The notes: generated by a model not told the origin, from the sequence alone. A stretch of 64,000 nucleotides of DNA from Macrostomum hystrix (GCA_950097015.1 CATNEN010000001.1:13392001-13456000), one strand, 5' to 3'; positions 1-11,410 are shown, counted from the first letter of the stretch. Numbers and translations are program-made.

Positions 1-41
1 CCAGATGATTAAATCAAGGGTACTGAAGGCTCCAAATGATA

Positions 42-196
42 CTATGGACACACAGTCAAAACAGCGAAAAAAGCAGAGCCCAAGTCAGAGGTCCGGGTAG
101 TTCTCAGCTCGGGCAGCTCACAACTTATGAAGGCGGTCCGCATCTTCGGATCTGAGGTGTTGCCGCCCATGAAGGAGCCGTCCTCCTCGTAGCAGC
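42..196 (-). CDS. Probable terminal exon with L1CAM/neuroglian-like cytoplasmic motif
   Basis: Acceptor ttcttgcag|GC at 196. Reads CYEEDGSFMGGNTSDPKMRTAF... to TAG at 42-44. Resembles the L1-family FNEDGSFIGQY motif. Confidence 0.5.
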
Positions 197-437
197 CTGC
201 AAGAAGTCGCAGGGTGCGTGGGGAGGGGGTAAGCTAATAAGCAGTTTTATAATAAAGTACAACTACTAAGTGGCCTGTACACATGAAATCCCCAGTGTGA
301 AACTGATGCACAGTGGCAAGTTTAAACTAAACTGGCGGTAGAGGCGGCCACTAAGCCGCCCAATTGTAATTGTTGACAGTTTGATTGATATTGTGGAAAA
401 CCAACTGGGCCAGGGTGCGAAGGTTCTGAAGGTTCCA

Positions 438-1587
438 GGTCAGACTCCTCAGGTAGTAGGGTCAGACTCCTCAGGTAGTAGGGTCAGACTCCTCAGGTTG
501 TAGGGTCAGACTCCTCAGGTAGAAGGGTCAGACTCCTCAGGTTGTAGGGTCAGACTCCTCAGGTAGAAGGGTCAGACTCCTCAGGTAGTAGGGTCAGACT
601 CCTCAGGTTGTAGGGTCAGACTCCTCAGGTAGTAGGGTCAGACTCCTCAGGTAGAAGGGTCAGACTTCTCAGGTAGTAGGGTCAGACTCCTCAGGTAGAA
701 GGGTCAGACTCCTCAGGCAGTAGGGTCAGACTCCTCAGGTAGTAGGGTCAGACTCCTCAGGTAGTAGGGTCAGACTCCTCAGGTTGTAGGGTCAGACTCC
801 TCAGGTAGTAGGGTCAGACTCCTCAGATAGAAGGGTCAGACTCCTCAGGTAGTAGGGTCAGACTCCTCAGGTTGTAGGGTCAGACTCCTCAGGTAGAAGG
901 GTCAGACTCCTCAGGTAGAAGGGTCAGACTCCTCAGGTAGAAGGGTCAGACTCCTCAGGTTGTAGGGTCAGACTCCTCAGGTAGAAGGGTCAGACTCCTC
1001 AGGTTGTAGGGTCAGACTCCTCAGGTAGAAGGGTCAGACTCCTCAGGTAGTAGGGTCAGACTCCTCAGGTTGTAGGGTCAGACTCCTCAGGTAGTAGGGT
1101 CAGACTCCTCAGGTAGAAGGGTCAGACTTCTCAGGTAGTAGGGTCAGACTCCTCAGGTTGTAGGGTCAGACTCCTCAGGTAGAAGGGTCAGACTCCTCAG
1201 GTTGTAGGGTCAGACTCCTCAGGTAGAAGGGTCAGACTCCTCAGGTAGTAGGGTCAGACTCCTCAGGTAGTAGGGTCAGACTCCTCAGGTAGTAGGGTCA
1301 GACTCCTCAGGTAGAAGGGTCAGACTCCTCAGGTAGTAGGGTCAGACTCCTCAGGTAGAAGGGTCAGACTCCTCAGGTAGAAAGGTCAGACTCCTCAGGT
1401 TGTAGGGTCAGACTCCTCAGGTAGAAGGGTCAGACTCCTCAGGTAGAAGGGTCAGACTCCTCAGGTAGAAGGGTCAGACTCCTCAGGTAGAAGGGTCAGA
1501 CTCCTCAGGTAGTAGGGTCAGACTCCTCAGGTAGTAGGGTCAGACTCCTCAGGTAGTAGGGTCAGACTCCTCAGGTAGTAGGGTCAG
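438..1587. repeat. 22-bp minisatellite, about 52 copies
   Basis: Unit GGTCAGACTCCTCAGGTAGTAG with TAGTAG/TTGTAG/TAGAAG variants. Confidence 0.97.
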
Positions 1588-2369
1588 AATAAGGCCTTCT
1601 CAGGGTCCTCCTGCCGTTCATTAGCCTTTGTGTCGGGCAATTCCTAGAGTCAGGCGCCATGACCAAGATGACTGATTTTATTGAAATGCAGCTCTTGCTT
1701 GATGCGCGTATAAAAAGCGGAAATAGTTTGCTTTTTAAAGGTTCTAAATGAATTCAGTTTAATTTATTGTTTGCTCTTGACTGAAGAGTGGAAAATTTTG
1801 GCTTCAGACTTTAATTACGCCAGGCTTGGTCAGACACTGCCCTCTGCAGATTTATTACTAACAGAGGGACAAACATTTCTGCATAAAAGGAAGGTGCACT
1901 AATCAGATGGCGCACGAATTCGTCGCAAATCACAGATAGATCGGCAGATGCGTCATGCAGCTGCGCAGTTCACAGCAAACTGCTAGCAGCGCAGCCAGTT
2001 GCACGACAGACTGCGTTGATAAGCCTACCACAGTTATCCAGTACAGTGCAAGCTGCGCCCTCGCGGCAACTGGCAGGTCGTTTAGTCCTTCCGAACTGTT
2101 CGCGCCGCTGTGAGCAAGTACAGCTGCTTAGAGCGTGGACTGGGATCCGAATAGAACTGGGATAGAACCGCACTCGAAATTATATAAGGCCCATCTTAGC
2201 TAATGTTAGTTCTCTGAGATTCGAACCTGAGACCACACGGTCATTAAACAGTAGAACTACCAAAAGAGGCGAACTACCCCCCCCCCCGAAAACATTTTCT
2301 GCTGCACCCGAACGGATCAACGCAAGCACACGAAACTCAAGAACATGGAACAAACTCAAGAAACTCCTG

Positions 2370-2510
2370 CATGAAGGTCTGGCCGGTGTCTCTGCGCAGC
2401 AGGAACAGCAGCAGGGCGGCGATCAGCAGCAGCAGCAGCGCCGCCGCCAGTAGGCCGATCACCAGACTCGTGCTGGCAGAGGCCGCTTCCTCCAAGGGCA
2501 TTGCCTTGCC
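2370..2510 (-). CDS. Transmembrane exon of the Ig membrane protein
   Basis: Acceptor ctctttgcccag|GGC at 2510. Encodes GKAMPLEEAASASTSLVIGLLAAALLLLLIAALLLFLLRRDTGQTFM (TM helix plus basic stop-transfer). The downstream donor is not canonical. Confidence 0.65.
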
Positions 2511-2543
2511 CTGGGCAAAGAGAATGACATGGATGAATTTACA

Positions 2544-2772
2544 GGAAGTGGGATATCAGGTGAATATAGAACTGGAAGTGGGATATCAGGTGAAAATAGA
2601 ACTGGAAGTGGGAGGATATCAGGTGAATAAAGAAATGGAAGTGGGATATCAGGTGAAAATAGAACTGGAATTGGGATATCAGGTGAATATAGAACTGGAA
2701 GTGGGATATCAGGTAAATATAGAACTGGAAGTGGGATATCAGGTAAATATAGAACTGGAAGTGGGATATCAG
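2544..2772. repeat. 30-bp intronic minisatellite, about 7.5 copies
   Basis: Unit GGAAGTGGGATATCAGGTGAATATAGAACT. Confidence 0.95.
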
Positions 2773-2832
2773 CAGGGACCAGGAGTGCCGAACATCCCGG
2801 CGCATCATTCCAAGAAACAGGCGAAGGCGCAC

Positions 2833-3093
2833 CTGGAAGTCGATGCTCATGACGATTGACTGCAGACTGCTGGTCACATCAAAGTCAGTTGAGTAGAAGC
2901 AGCGAGGATCGGCCCTGCAGTCTTTGTCACCGGCGGCTACGTCCTTAGAACCGTAACGGTCTTTGTGCAACCGAAGGTTAGCCATGTCGGCGATGCTGAC
3001 AGAGCCGGGCCGGTAGCGGAAGTTGAAGACAGGCGTGAGGGTCTTGCGCTTCTGCAGCTCGGCAAGAACTTTCTCGTCCGAGATTGGGAGGAC
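2833..3093 (-). CDS. Exon 2 of the Ig membrane protein
   Basis: Acceptor cgacag|GTC at 3093 (in-frame alternative at 3123), donor TTC CAG|GTGCGC at 2833. Open phase-0 frame VLPISDEKVLAELQKRK...MSIDFQ. Confidence 0.6.
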
Positions 3094-3158
3094 CTGTCGG
3101 GCGGTGAAGAGTCGGTAAAGTCGCTAGTGAGAGCGGGAAGTAACGGGTCGATTAAATT

Positions 3159-5249
3159 TTATTTCCAACCACGCACCTTAAATGACAGTCGATTTGTTTT
3201 GCTATCAAATAAGATTTCAGACACGCCTGGCTGGTTGATGATGGCTAGGTCAGTGAGGTAGACATTGTCAATCTTGAACATGGCGACCACTTCGACGTCG
3301 ATTCGCTTCAGATAGGCAGTAAATTCCGGTTTGAAAGCTACTGCGAACTCGGCGCAGTGCTGCATGGAGCAGTTCCTGGCCTTACTCAAATCAAAGCTCT
3401 CAGGCACTGGACGCTGCAAGAAGAAGACATTGCTGCCAGACTCTACCGAGTATTTTGGCATGCCGATCTTCTCCGCATCGCCAGGGCCTACAGTGGCGCG
3501 GCACACGATGCGATGCGAGAAATCCCTGTCCATGAACGAGTCGCGCGGCGGGACACTGTCAATCGTTATGTTGATGGTTCGCCTACCAGGCACTGAGGTC
3601 ACCGTGTCAGCAATGACAGGCTGGCGTGGACTAAACAGCGAGTTGAATTCGTTTAACTGCAGCTCCTTCCACGCAGAGGCTTCACGAACAGCCGATGTTG
3701 AGAACACGAGACTGGCATCCACCTCGTCCAAGTTGTTAAAAAATGTGGTGCAGCTGTAAGACATGGACTCGCCTTCCATTGCGTAGATCCTGGGCGGCAG
3801 GTTGCCGGTTACTACACTGGAGCTTTTAAATGGCTTATAGATGAAATGTGGCATGCTGACAATGTCTACATTGAATGTGAAGCTAACACCACCGGCCTCG
3901 CAAGTGTACTGACCAGCGTGACTGTTGTCCACGGTATCTGTTAGCGCAATTAAATTGCCAGTCCTTGAGACTAGGATGCCGTTAACATTTTCCCATTTGT
4001 GTGACGCCCATGGCACTAGCGTCCGTCGATTATTGTAATTGCTGATGTGCGTAAATCTGTAGGTCGTCAAGGGGTCGGTGCAGATGATCGGGCAGACAAG
4101 AGGCGTGGTGTCCATGCCAGAGAAGATAAAAATAGAATCATTGCTCAGGTTGGCCGGCAGCTTGCAACCGGCATTTGTGCCCTGCCTGGTGTACATTACT
4201 TTATCTTTGGATATCCTCTGTTTGACAGCAAAACTTCTGTCATAGTGAAGAAACGGACCGGATAACGAGAGTGTGGCGCAGATGCTGAGATGAGAGGAAG
4301 ACATCTTATGAAAGATGCTCATAACGGTTCTGCTGAGGCCGTAGGCTGCATAGTGCAGCTCGCCAGTGGCTAGATTCAAGTGCATATGCTTCAGCAGCTG
4401 CTGTCCTACTTCATTCAGATCTGAATGATAATTGACAAACATGGCGGTATTTCTTCTCTGGTAATCCGCACAGCTCAATCTGTCAAAATGGAGCAATGCA
4501 CCAATGTTGATTTTGGACCTGAGAAAGGCTGGTGCCGACTTAAGCGCACTAACAATTCTTTGATCAATGAATTTCACGCTGCCAAAGTCTGATGCCATCC
4601 TTAAATTTATCAAGAATTCGTATGCTTCTGGAGTGAGGAATCTCAGCATTGCATCTGAGCCAGACACCGGTCTGCTGTTCCAGTCTCCCAGAGGATCCAG
4701 GCTCCACACGAAGACGCTATTGGACTCGAGCTTCAAATCCAGCTGCCCAGACACGCGGACCTGCACGGAGAGCTCTAGCTTCTTCTTAAAGACATCAACC
4801 GACGCCAATGAAGAAGGTCGAAGGATGAATTTGAAAGCGTTCGGCTTGCCTTCAACTGGCAGCAAGGAAAATGGGATCGGGGTGTTTTCACACTGCAGCT
4901 CGCGACCAGTCACGGCTGACAAGTCCAGATCGAGTCCGGCGCTGGTATCTGGGCACTTGTACTTGAGAACAGCTGAGTAGCCTATCTGCTGGTTTCTTTT
5001 GCCAGCAAGAGAAATTTTGATTGTGAAGCTTTGCTCCGGCATCAGAATGGCGAGCATGTTGGGGCCGCCAACCTCCCACACGTCATCCCAGGAGAGGAGG
5101 ATCTTGCCAGTCTGTGTATAATTGAAGTGCACATTCTCGGTGTCAGCATCCTCGGCCAGTACAAAGCTGGCAGATGCCAGGCAGAGCAACAGAATGCTTT
5201 GGGAAAGCATGGGCTGCAAGAAATGAACACATGTAATTAGGCTTAACAT
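3159..5249 (-). CDS. Large first coding exon of an Ig-superfamily type I membrane protein (signal peptide plus Ig-like domains)
   Basis: 696-aa ORF with signal peptide MLSQSILLLCLASASFVLA and Ig motifs (SHAGQYTCEA; YSC...IVCRATVG). A donor AAG|GTGCGT after 3177 suggests splicing before the ORF stop. Confidence 0.75.
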   Translation of the reverse strand: MLSLITCVHFLQPMLSQSILLLCLASASFVLAEDADTENVHFNYTQTGKILLSWDDVWEVGGPNMLAILMPEQSFTIKISLAGKRNQQIGYSAVLKYKCPDTSAGLDLDLSAVTGRELQCENTPIPFSLLPVEGKPNAFKFILRPSSLASVDVFKKKLELSVQVRVSGQLDLKLESNSVFVWSLDPLGDWNSRPVSGSDAMLRFLTPEAYEFLINLRMASDFGSVKFIDQRIVSALKSAPAFLRSKINIGALLHFDRLSCADYQRRNTAMFVNYHSDLNEVGQQLLKHMHLNLATGELHYAAYGLSRTVMSIFHKMSSSHLSICATLSLSGPFLHYDRSFAVKQRISKDKVMYTRQGTNAGCKLPANLSNDSIFIFSGMDTTPLVCPIICTDPLTTYRFTHISNYNNRRTLVPWASHKWENVNGILVSRTGNLIALTDTVDNSHAGQYTCEAGGVSFTFNVDIVSMPHFIYKPFKSSSVVTGNLPPRIYAMEGESMSYSCTTFFNNLDEVDASLVFSTSAVREASAWKELQLNEFNSLFSPRQPVIADTVTSVPGRRTINITIDSVPPRDSFMDRDFSHRIVCRATVGPGDAEKIGMPKYSVESGSNVFFLQRPVPESFDLSKARNCSMQHCAEFAVAFKPEFTAYLKRIDVEVVAMFKIDNVYLTDLAIINQPGVSEILFDSKTNRLSFKVRGWK

Positions 5250-6440
5250 TCATCATTCTACAGTATTACACAGGTGGTAATTTGAATGAATTAAAGAATT
5301 AATAAGTCAGATTATAATAAAATATTCAATGGGCTCTATACTAAAAAATAGTGAAAATTCGCATTTGAATAAGCTAACAGCTGATGGCTTTTTGAGTACC
5401 ACTAGTTAAAAGGAGAAACTCAAAGAAAACAAATTCTGTTAAAAATGCATTTACAACAAACTAAAAACTTTTATATTTTTATCATTTCTGAAACCTAATT
5501 AGCATAAGCCTATGTTATAAGAAATAATTTAATTACAAAGTATCACTGTTTACTGATAATTATTACATGCACAAAAACTAAGTTTAGTAAAATCTAGGAA
5601 GGCTATTTTACTAGGGCCTACTGCAATACTCCATGAAATGAAAGTAAATCTAGAAATTGTTCAAGTGTAAATGTCGTAGTGTATATATATTGTAAATATT
5701 TTGCAAATATCCTTGCGAAAAAAAGTACCATAAAAAACTTCAAATAAAAAAGCGTGAAAAATAATAAACTATTTGTTTTAATTTTCATAATGCCGATAGT
5801 AATATACTGTATGATTGTATTGTTTTAATGCTTACCGAATATACAATATTCTGCAAAATTAGAACCTTTTAACAAAAGCTTGTTTCTACCAGTATAAATA
5901 ACTGACACCTAGCAGACCAAAAACAAAAACTCTTCGAATGCTCTGCGTCCTCGCTCACATCTTGCTTACTTGGAGCTAAAGTCAGAGTCAAGAATCAAGA
6001 AGCGTTTTCAGACAAAAAAGGAGTGTCTTGTAAAGGAATACATTGTTATTCATTTCTATAAAGGAGGAGAATACTAAAAACTATACTAAGAATAATACTC
6101 AGAAACTTGTACTAAGAATCATACTAAGAATCATACTCAGAATTATACTCAGATTTATTATACCGAGAGTATTACTAAGAGGGAACTGCTAAACTCTAAT
6201 CTCGGGGACGTCTGGATTTGACTGGAAAACATATTCAGTTGCCTAAGTAACCGCTCGTGCAATATAAACGCTACCAGATCGTGTGAAGCAAACGCTACCA
6301 TAAGAATATTGAAGCTCGCGAAAAGAATAACATCGCGGAATATCAAGAGTTAAACGGCCTATTTTAGGACCGCCAGTGAAAAGCATAAAAAATACCTACT
6401 AGACTGTAAGAACCGCAGTGAGATATTATCTATTGATTGG

Positions 6441-6630
6441 ATTGCCCTGTTACAACTTTGGTAGCATTAGTGGTATTATCAAGTTACAAAGAAGTCAGCT
6501 CAGAACAACTTTGACAACAGCGGTGGGATAAAGACAAATCTAAATAGGCCTGCAACAACTTTGGTGCCATTCGGTGGGATCTTAATTAATGATATTACCC
6601 TATAACAACATTGGTGGCAGCGGAAAGGAT
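6441..6630 (+). repeat. Four tandem degenerate LTR-end + tRNA-Leu PBS units (period 50-53 bp)
   Basis: ACA-AC(T/A)T followed by PBS-like TGGTGGCAGCGGTGGGAT variants at 6459, 6512, 6562 and 6612. Confidence 0.7.
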
Positions 6631-7421
6631 TAGAGAAGCAGCGATCAAAACAGAATGAATTAGGCGCCAACTCAAGATTTAATGGCTATGTTAGCCGAGG
6701 AACTGAAAAACAGACTTGAGATCGGGCCTATGCGCCATGTGAAAATTGATAAATTTAAGCCAAGCCAAAACATCAGGATGTGACTGATGGCATTTGAACT
6801 CCGATGTGATGCAGACGATTTTCCAGAAGAACACCGGAAGCAGGAAGTGCCAATCTGGACTTGTCTACTGCCTTCGCTGCAGTTCAGAGAATGAACCTAC
6901 CTGATGATATAGAATACCGGGAGTTCAAGGACAGGCTTATTGAGCAATTCGGATAAACTGGCAGTTCTGCAGAATGTCGTAAGGAATTCCGAGGAAGGAT
7001 GCAAGGAAGAAATGAATCTGCTGAAGCATATTCCGATTGTTTGATTGAGTTAGACGCAAGGGCGTTTTCTAACATGACGATAGAACAGCGAGAAGAGGAG
7101 CTGGTGGAACAGTTCAATAAAGGAGCCAAGATTCCGAGGGAGACAAGAGAGAAGCTGATCTTCGCCCAGCCAGCAATCTGCAGGATGCGAAGAGAATTCT
7201 CAGGCGCAAAGAAGCTGCTTGGTGCATGTCACACAAACAATTCTGGTGTAAGAATGGCCAAAGGAGATGAGGTGAACCAGCAGGAGAAGCTTGCTCGAGA
7301 AAAGCTAGACGAACTGGTGAGGAAACAAATGATGCAGCTGGCACAGCAGCGGAGAATGCTACAAGAACTAGCAGAGAAGAAAGATGGCTATCAGCAACAG
7401 CCGATAAAACAGCAGCAGCAG

Positions 7422-8265
7422 TTGCACAGCTACATCCTGTACACGGATGTGTCGGTGGGCAAGGACGGCAAAGGTGGAGCTGGTCTCATCATTTACCGGG
7501 GCAGCGCGAAGCAGGACGAAGCTCGAGGATCAGCGGGACAGGGATGCTCGTCCGCGCAAGCCGAGATCAGGCCACTCCGTATGGTAATTAACTGGTTGGA
7601 CGCGGCAGATTGGAAAACGGCCACCATCGTGAGAGACAGCCAAGCAGCGCTCCGGGCTTTCCAGGACAGATGGAAGGGTGAATGGCAGGACGTGGGACAT
7701 TTTTGGCTAAAGATCGCGAAGTGGCCTGAAAGAACCCTTACGATGAAGTCGGTGGCAGGGCATGTCGGAGTGGAAGGAAATGAGCAGGCGGACAGGCTGG
7801 CGGCGGAGGGACGAGGAGAGGAAGGTGTCTGTCTTCTGGACGAGGAAAGCGGCCACCAACCACATTCGTAGAGCCCTGGAGGGCAGGATGGAGTGGAAGC
7901 ACGAGAGGGCGAAGGAAATCTACACGAAGAAGCAGGTGGATTGGTGAACGGAAGAAAAGTGGTGCAGGGCGGCCAAGCGCGATTTTTACAGGTTCAGGAC
8001 CGGCCACCACACGGAGCTGGCGGAGTATGGTGCTCGGATTGGAACCAGGGAGAGTGGAACGTGCCGGCTGTGCAGTCTCGAGGAGGAAGGCATGGAGCAC
8101 GTCCTGTTGAAGTGCCCAGTGATGGACAGCACTAGCATCACGGAAATGAGCGACTTATGCGCAATGCCCGAGGAATGCCGGGCCCAATGGAACGAGTTCC
8201 GAGAACGAGTCTGACTGAAGAGGGAATAGCACCTTGGTATGGCAACGCCAACAACAACAACAGCA
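7422..8265 (+). mobile_element. 5'-truncated I-group (Ingi-like) LINE: RNase H, C-terminal Cys/His remnant, (AAC)n tail
   Basis: LYTDVS...AQAE...DSQAAL...GHVGVEGNEQADRLA; CRLC...EHVLLKCP; tail CAACAACAACAACAGCA. Confidence 0.75.
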
Positions 8266-10800
8266 TATTGTTGTTGCTGCTGCTGCTGCAGCCTGCTGAT
8301 TAACAGCATGCTGATCCACACCCTATTCCAGCGGTCCTGGACGGAAGTGGATATCCCTCAGAACTGGCGGACCGGCGAGATCATTCCGCTACTCAAGGAC
8401 GGGCAAGACCCGGAGACCGTCACCGCGTATAGACCTATCTGCCTCACCTCGGCCCTGGGCAAGTGTATGGAACGGGTCCTGGCCAACAGGCTCAAGTCCG
8501 TCATGGAATCCCGGGGCCTCATCGCTGACGAGCAGGCCGGCTTCCGCTGCGGCAGGTCCACCACTGACCAGGTGCTAGCCCTGAGCCAATCCGTGGCAGA
8601 CGGCTTCCAGCTCCGCCTGCGTACCATCGCCGTCACGCTGGACTTTGCCAAGGCCTTCGACACTGTCTGGAGAGACGCGCTGCTTTGGAAGCTGACGAAG
8701 GCCGGCCTCGACACCCGCCGTGTCAGGTGGATCCAACGCTGGCTGTGCAATCGGCTCTGTTGGGTGCGGCTCGGCAGCACCGTGGGGAAGACCGTGGTGA
8801 TGAAGCAGGGGGTGCCGCAAGGAGCCGTCCTCTCGCCCCTGCTTTTTCTCTTCTACATCAACGATGTGCTGGACGGCATGCCCAAGGGGACGGCCGCGCG
8901 GCTCATCGCCGACGACATTGTCATATGGTGCCAGCACCACCAGCTCGAAAAGGCGGTGGCCGCGGCGCAGCTGGCCATTAATCACGTCACGGCCCGGAGC
9001 AAAGCCTGGCTTCTCTCCCTAAACCCGGCTAAGTGCGAAGTGGGCGTCTTCAGCCTCGACCCGAACGAGTTCGATGCCTCGCCCATCATCAAGCTGGAGG
9101 GCACCACCCTGAAGGTGCCACCGTTCATCAAGTACCTTGGAGTGCTCTTCGACAGGCGCCTCACTTTCCGGGAGCAGGTGCGCGCCAACGTCAGCAAGGC
9201 CCGCCAGCGCCTGCACCTCCTGCGCCGCTTCTGCAACCTGGACTGGGGAATTGACAGTTACATTGCACGAACCATCGATCTGGGCCTAGTTAAGCCGGTC
9301 CTGGACTATGCAGCTCCGGGGTGGATCCCCTGGCTAGCGCCCACCAACATTGAGAAGCTGGAGCGCTGCCAGAGAGCGGCCGCCCGGCTCGTCGCCGGGA
9401 CGCTTTCCAGCACCCCGTGCGAGGCGGTCCTCGCGGAAGCTAACCTAGCCCGGCTGGAACTTGAGGCAACAAAAACGGCAGCAGCCCTCTACGACAGCTA
9501 CTTGCGGCTCCCCCCGGCCTCGAGCAGGTACAAACTGGCCACATCCGCGCCGGCCCAGCGGCTGAAACGCCACGACTGGCGGAGCCGGAGCAGCGGCACA
9601 TGGAGTGGTATCTTTAACTCCCCGCCGCCCACCGAGGTCCACTGCGCGCCACGGCCATGGCTCCCAACGGCCTCCCTCACCACGCAGGTCGAGGCGCGGC
9701 GGTGCGAAACGGCGGACGCCAACAAGCAAGAGGGCCTGAAGCGCCTCAGGCAGCACGAGGCCGACGTCACTCTTTTTACCGACGGATCCGTGGACGAGCG
9801 CAAAGCCGGAGGTGCCGGAGTCGCGGTCTACCGAGGAGACACCGAGCTTGAAGCGCTATGCCTTGCTGCCGGATCCGGTAGCTCATCCACCCAGGCCGAA
9901 CTCGTGGCCATCGAGCGCGCCATTAAATGGCTGCACGAGCACCAACAGGAGTGGGAGACCGCCACCATCGCCTGCGACAGTATGGCAGCGATCTGCACAG
10001 CTGCGCGCGCCACACCACCGCGGCACAACGCCCTGGCCGCGTCCATCTGTGCATGGAAGCAGCAGCTCCACAGAAAAAGCCTGGCCATCATTTGGATCCC
10101 AAGCCACTGCGGGCTGGTAGGCAACGAGAGAGCGGACCGGCTGGCCGCAATGGGATGCGCACTGAACACAGACGCAGAGTGCTGGACCAGAGCAGCAGCC
10201 AGAAATGCCATCAGGCAGCACGTGAGCAGCCAACAGCAGTGGACGAACGACCGCTGCGCCGCCACCTACAGCACCGCCAACATCAACCGCCGGGAGCAGG
10301 CCGCGTGGAGCAGACGTGAACAGGTGGAGTTTACCCGCTGGAGAACCGGGCACTCCCCGGAGCTCCGCGCCTATGCCCACCGGATCGGCCAAGCGGACAA
10401 AGCCGACTGCCGCCTCTGCAACGCCCCAGCCGAAGACCTGGAGCATGTCCTCCTCGCCTACCCAGCGCTCGACGCCAGACGGCACAGGCTGGGCATCAGC
10501 GAGCTGGCCGACCTGTGCCGCGCCCCGCAGGCCTGCTCCACCCTGTGGGCCGCCTTCAAGAGCATCGTGGAGAGGGGAGCCTGGCGCCTGCAGCTCGTCG
10601 CAGGCCCCCCATCCCACCCTGGCTCGCCTCGCCTCGCCCGTTCTTCACCTCTTCCTCCGCCCATCTTTGGTCTCGCCCAAAACAAAACAAAACAAAACAA
10701 CAACAGCAGCAGCTTCTACAGAACCCGCAGCATCAGAACCAAGCCCAGGCTGTCACATCTCATCACTCTCCAGTCGCCAGCAACAGACAAGCTTCCGTAG
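8239..10800 (+). CDS. RT-RNase H ORF of a 5'-truncated I-group (Ingi-like) LINE (element about 8310-10700)
   Basis: YRPICLTS, QAGFR, LDFAKAFD, GVPQGAVLSP, IADD, KYLGV; RNase H FTDGS...WIPSHCGLVGNERAD; CRLC..EHVL. (CAAAA)n tail at about 10678-10700. No endonuclease domain. Confidence 0.9.
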   Translation: MATPTTTTAYCCCCCCCSLLINSMLIHTLFQRSWTEVDIPQNWRTGEIIPLLKDGQDPETVTAYRPICLTSALGKCMERVLANRLKSVMESRGLIADEQAGFRCGRSTTDQVLALSQSVADGFQLRLRTIAVTLDFAKAFDTVWRDALLWKLTKAGLDTRRVRWIQRWLCNRLCWVRLGSTVGKTVVMKQGVPQGAVLSPLLFLFYINDVLDGMPKGTAARLIADDIVIWCQHHQLEKAVAAAQLAINHVTARSKAWLLSLNPAKCEVGVFSLDPNEFDASPIIKLEGTTLKVPPFIKYLGVLFDRRLTFREQVRANVSKARQRLHLLRRFCNLDWGIDSYIARTIDLGLVKPVLDYAAPGWIPWLAPTNIEKLERCQRAAARLVAGTLSSTPCEAVLAEANLARLELEATKTAAALYDSYLRLPPASSRYKLATSAPAQRLKRHDWRSRSSGTWSGIFNSPPPTEVHCAPRPWLPTASLTTQVEARRCETADANKQEGLKRLRQHEADVTLFTDGSVDERKAGGAGVAVYRGDTELEALCLAAGSGSSSTQAELVAIERAIKWLHEHQQEWETATIACDSMAAICTAARATPPRHNALAASICAWKQQLHRKSLAIIWIPSHCGLVGNERADRLAAMGCALNTDAECWTRAAARNAIRQHVSSQQQWTNDRCAATYSTANINRREQAAWSRREQVEFTRWRTGHSPELRAYAHRIGQADKADCRLCNAPAEDLEHVLLAYPALDARRHRLGISELADLCRAPQACSTLWAAFKSIVERGAWRLQLVAGPPSHPGSPRLARSSPLPPPIFGLAQNKTKQNNNSSSFYRTRSIRTKPRLSHLITLQSPATDKLP

Positions 10801-11410
10801 CAACAATAGGCCACAGCCAATGATGCAGCAACAACAGCAACCTAGAACCCGCTTTAAGTGTGGAAAGTCGGGTCATATGGCCAGATTCTGCCAAGAATCC
10901 AGACAATCGCGCTATCAGGTGCAAGAAAACTAATTGCCGAGGGTCGAACAGCGAGGCCACGCCCCTCAAGAAATAGAAAGTACGAAGCTCAGGCCTCTGA
11001 ATTTGTAAATAATGAGTATAAGGTTGGTCAGAAGAAGTTTGCATTTAAGCAAAGTAATGAGTATAATACGAGTAAGTTCTATTTGCAGAAAAAGTGTGTA
11101 AATAGTCATGCGGATCCTTATGCACCAAATGCACCAATTGTAAATAAGACGCTTGCACCTAAATGCGATTATGCACCTGCGTGTGAAAATTCGAATAAAC
11201 AGATTAACAGAACTTGATTAAGTTCGCAATTGATGTGTATTCGCAATTAAGCTATATTCGAGCTATGTAGGTGTTAGCTACTTTCGGGTAGCTAGCTTGA
11301 CTTACTTTGACTTATCTGCAGGGCGGTCCGACGGACGCAGCGGGGAGGCGGGAGTCGCCCATTCCGCTAATCCCTGAAAGACCCGCAATCGGCCGATGGC
11401 GCGGGGCCAG

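Larger units (their letters stand above)
6681..10933 (+). pseudogene. Decayed Gypsy gag, split in its poly-Q region by two LINE insertions
   Basis: 6681-7420 is homologous to the gag at 19659 (VKIDKF, AFELRC, RMQGRNES, LVEQF) with stops and frameshifts. It resumes at about 10700 with the knuckle KCGKSGHMARFC and ends QEN*. Confidence 0.75.

Noticed and set aside
438-1587. CRISPR-like appearance of the 22-bp array
   Set aside because: Head-to-tail units with no unique spacers, no cas genes, eukaryotic context.
1585-1645. Possible middle cytoplasmic exon (ELPDTKANERQEDPEKALF*)
   Set aside because: In-frame stop at the minisatellite edge and no donor; cannot be supported.
2195-2280. tRNA-like B box on the minus strand (similar motif at 54830-54885)
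   Set aside because: No cloverleaf; at most a decayed SINE head.
2371-2859. 162-aa plus-strand ORF with ELEVGYQVNI repeats
   Set aside because: Product of the 30-bp minisatellite and antisense to real exons.
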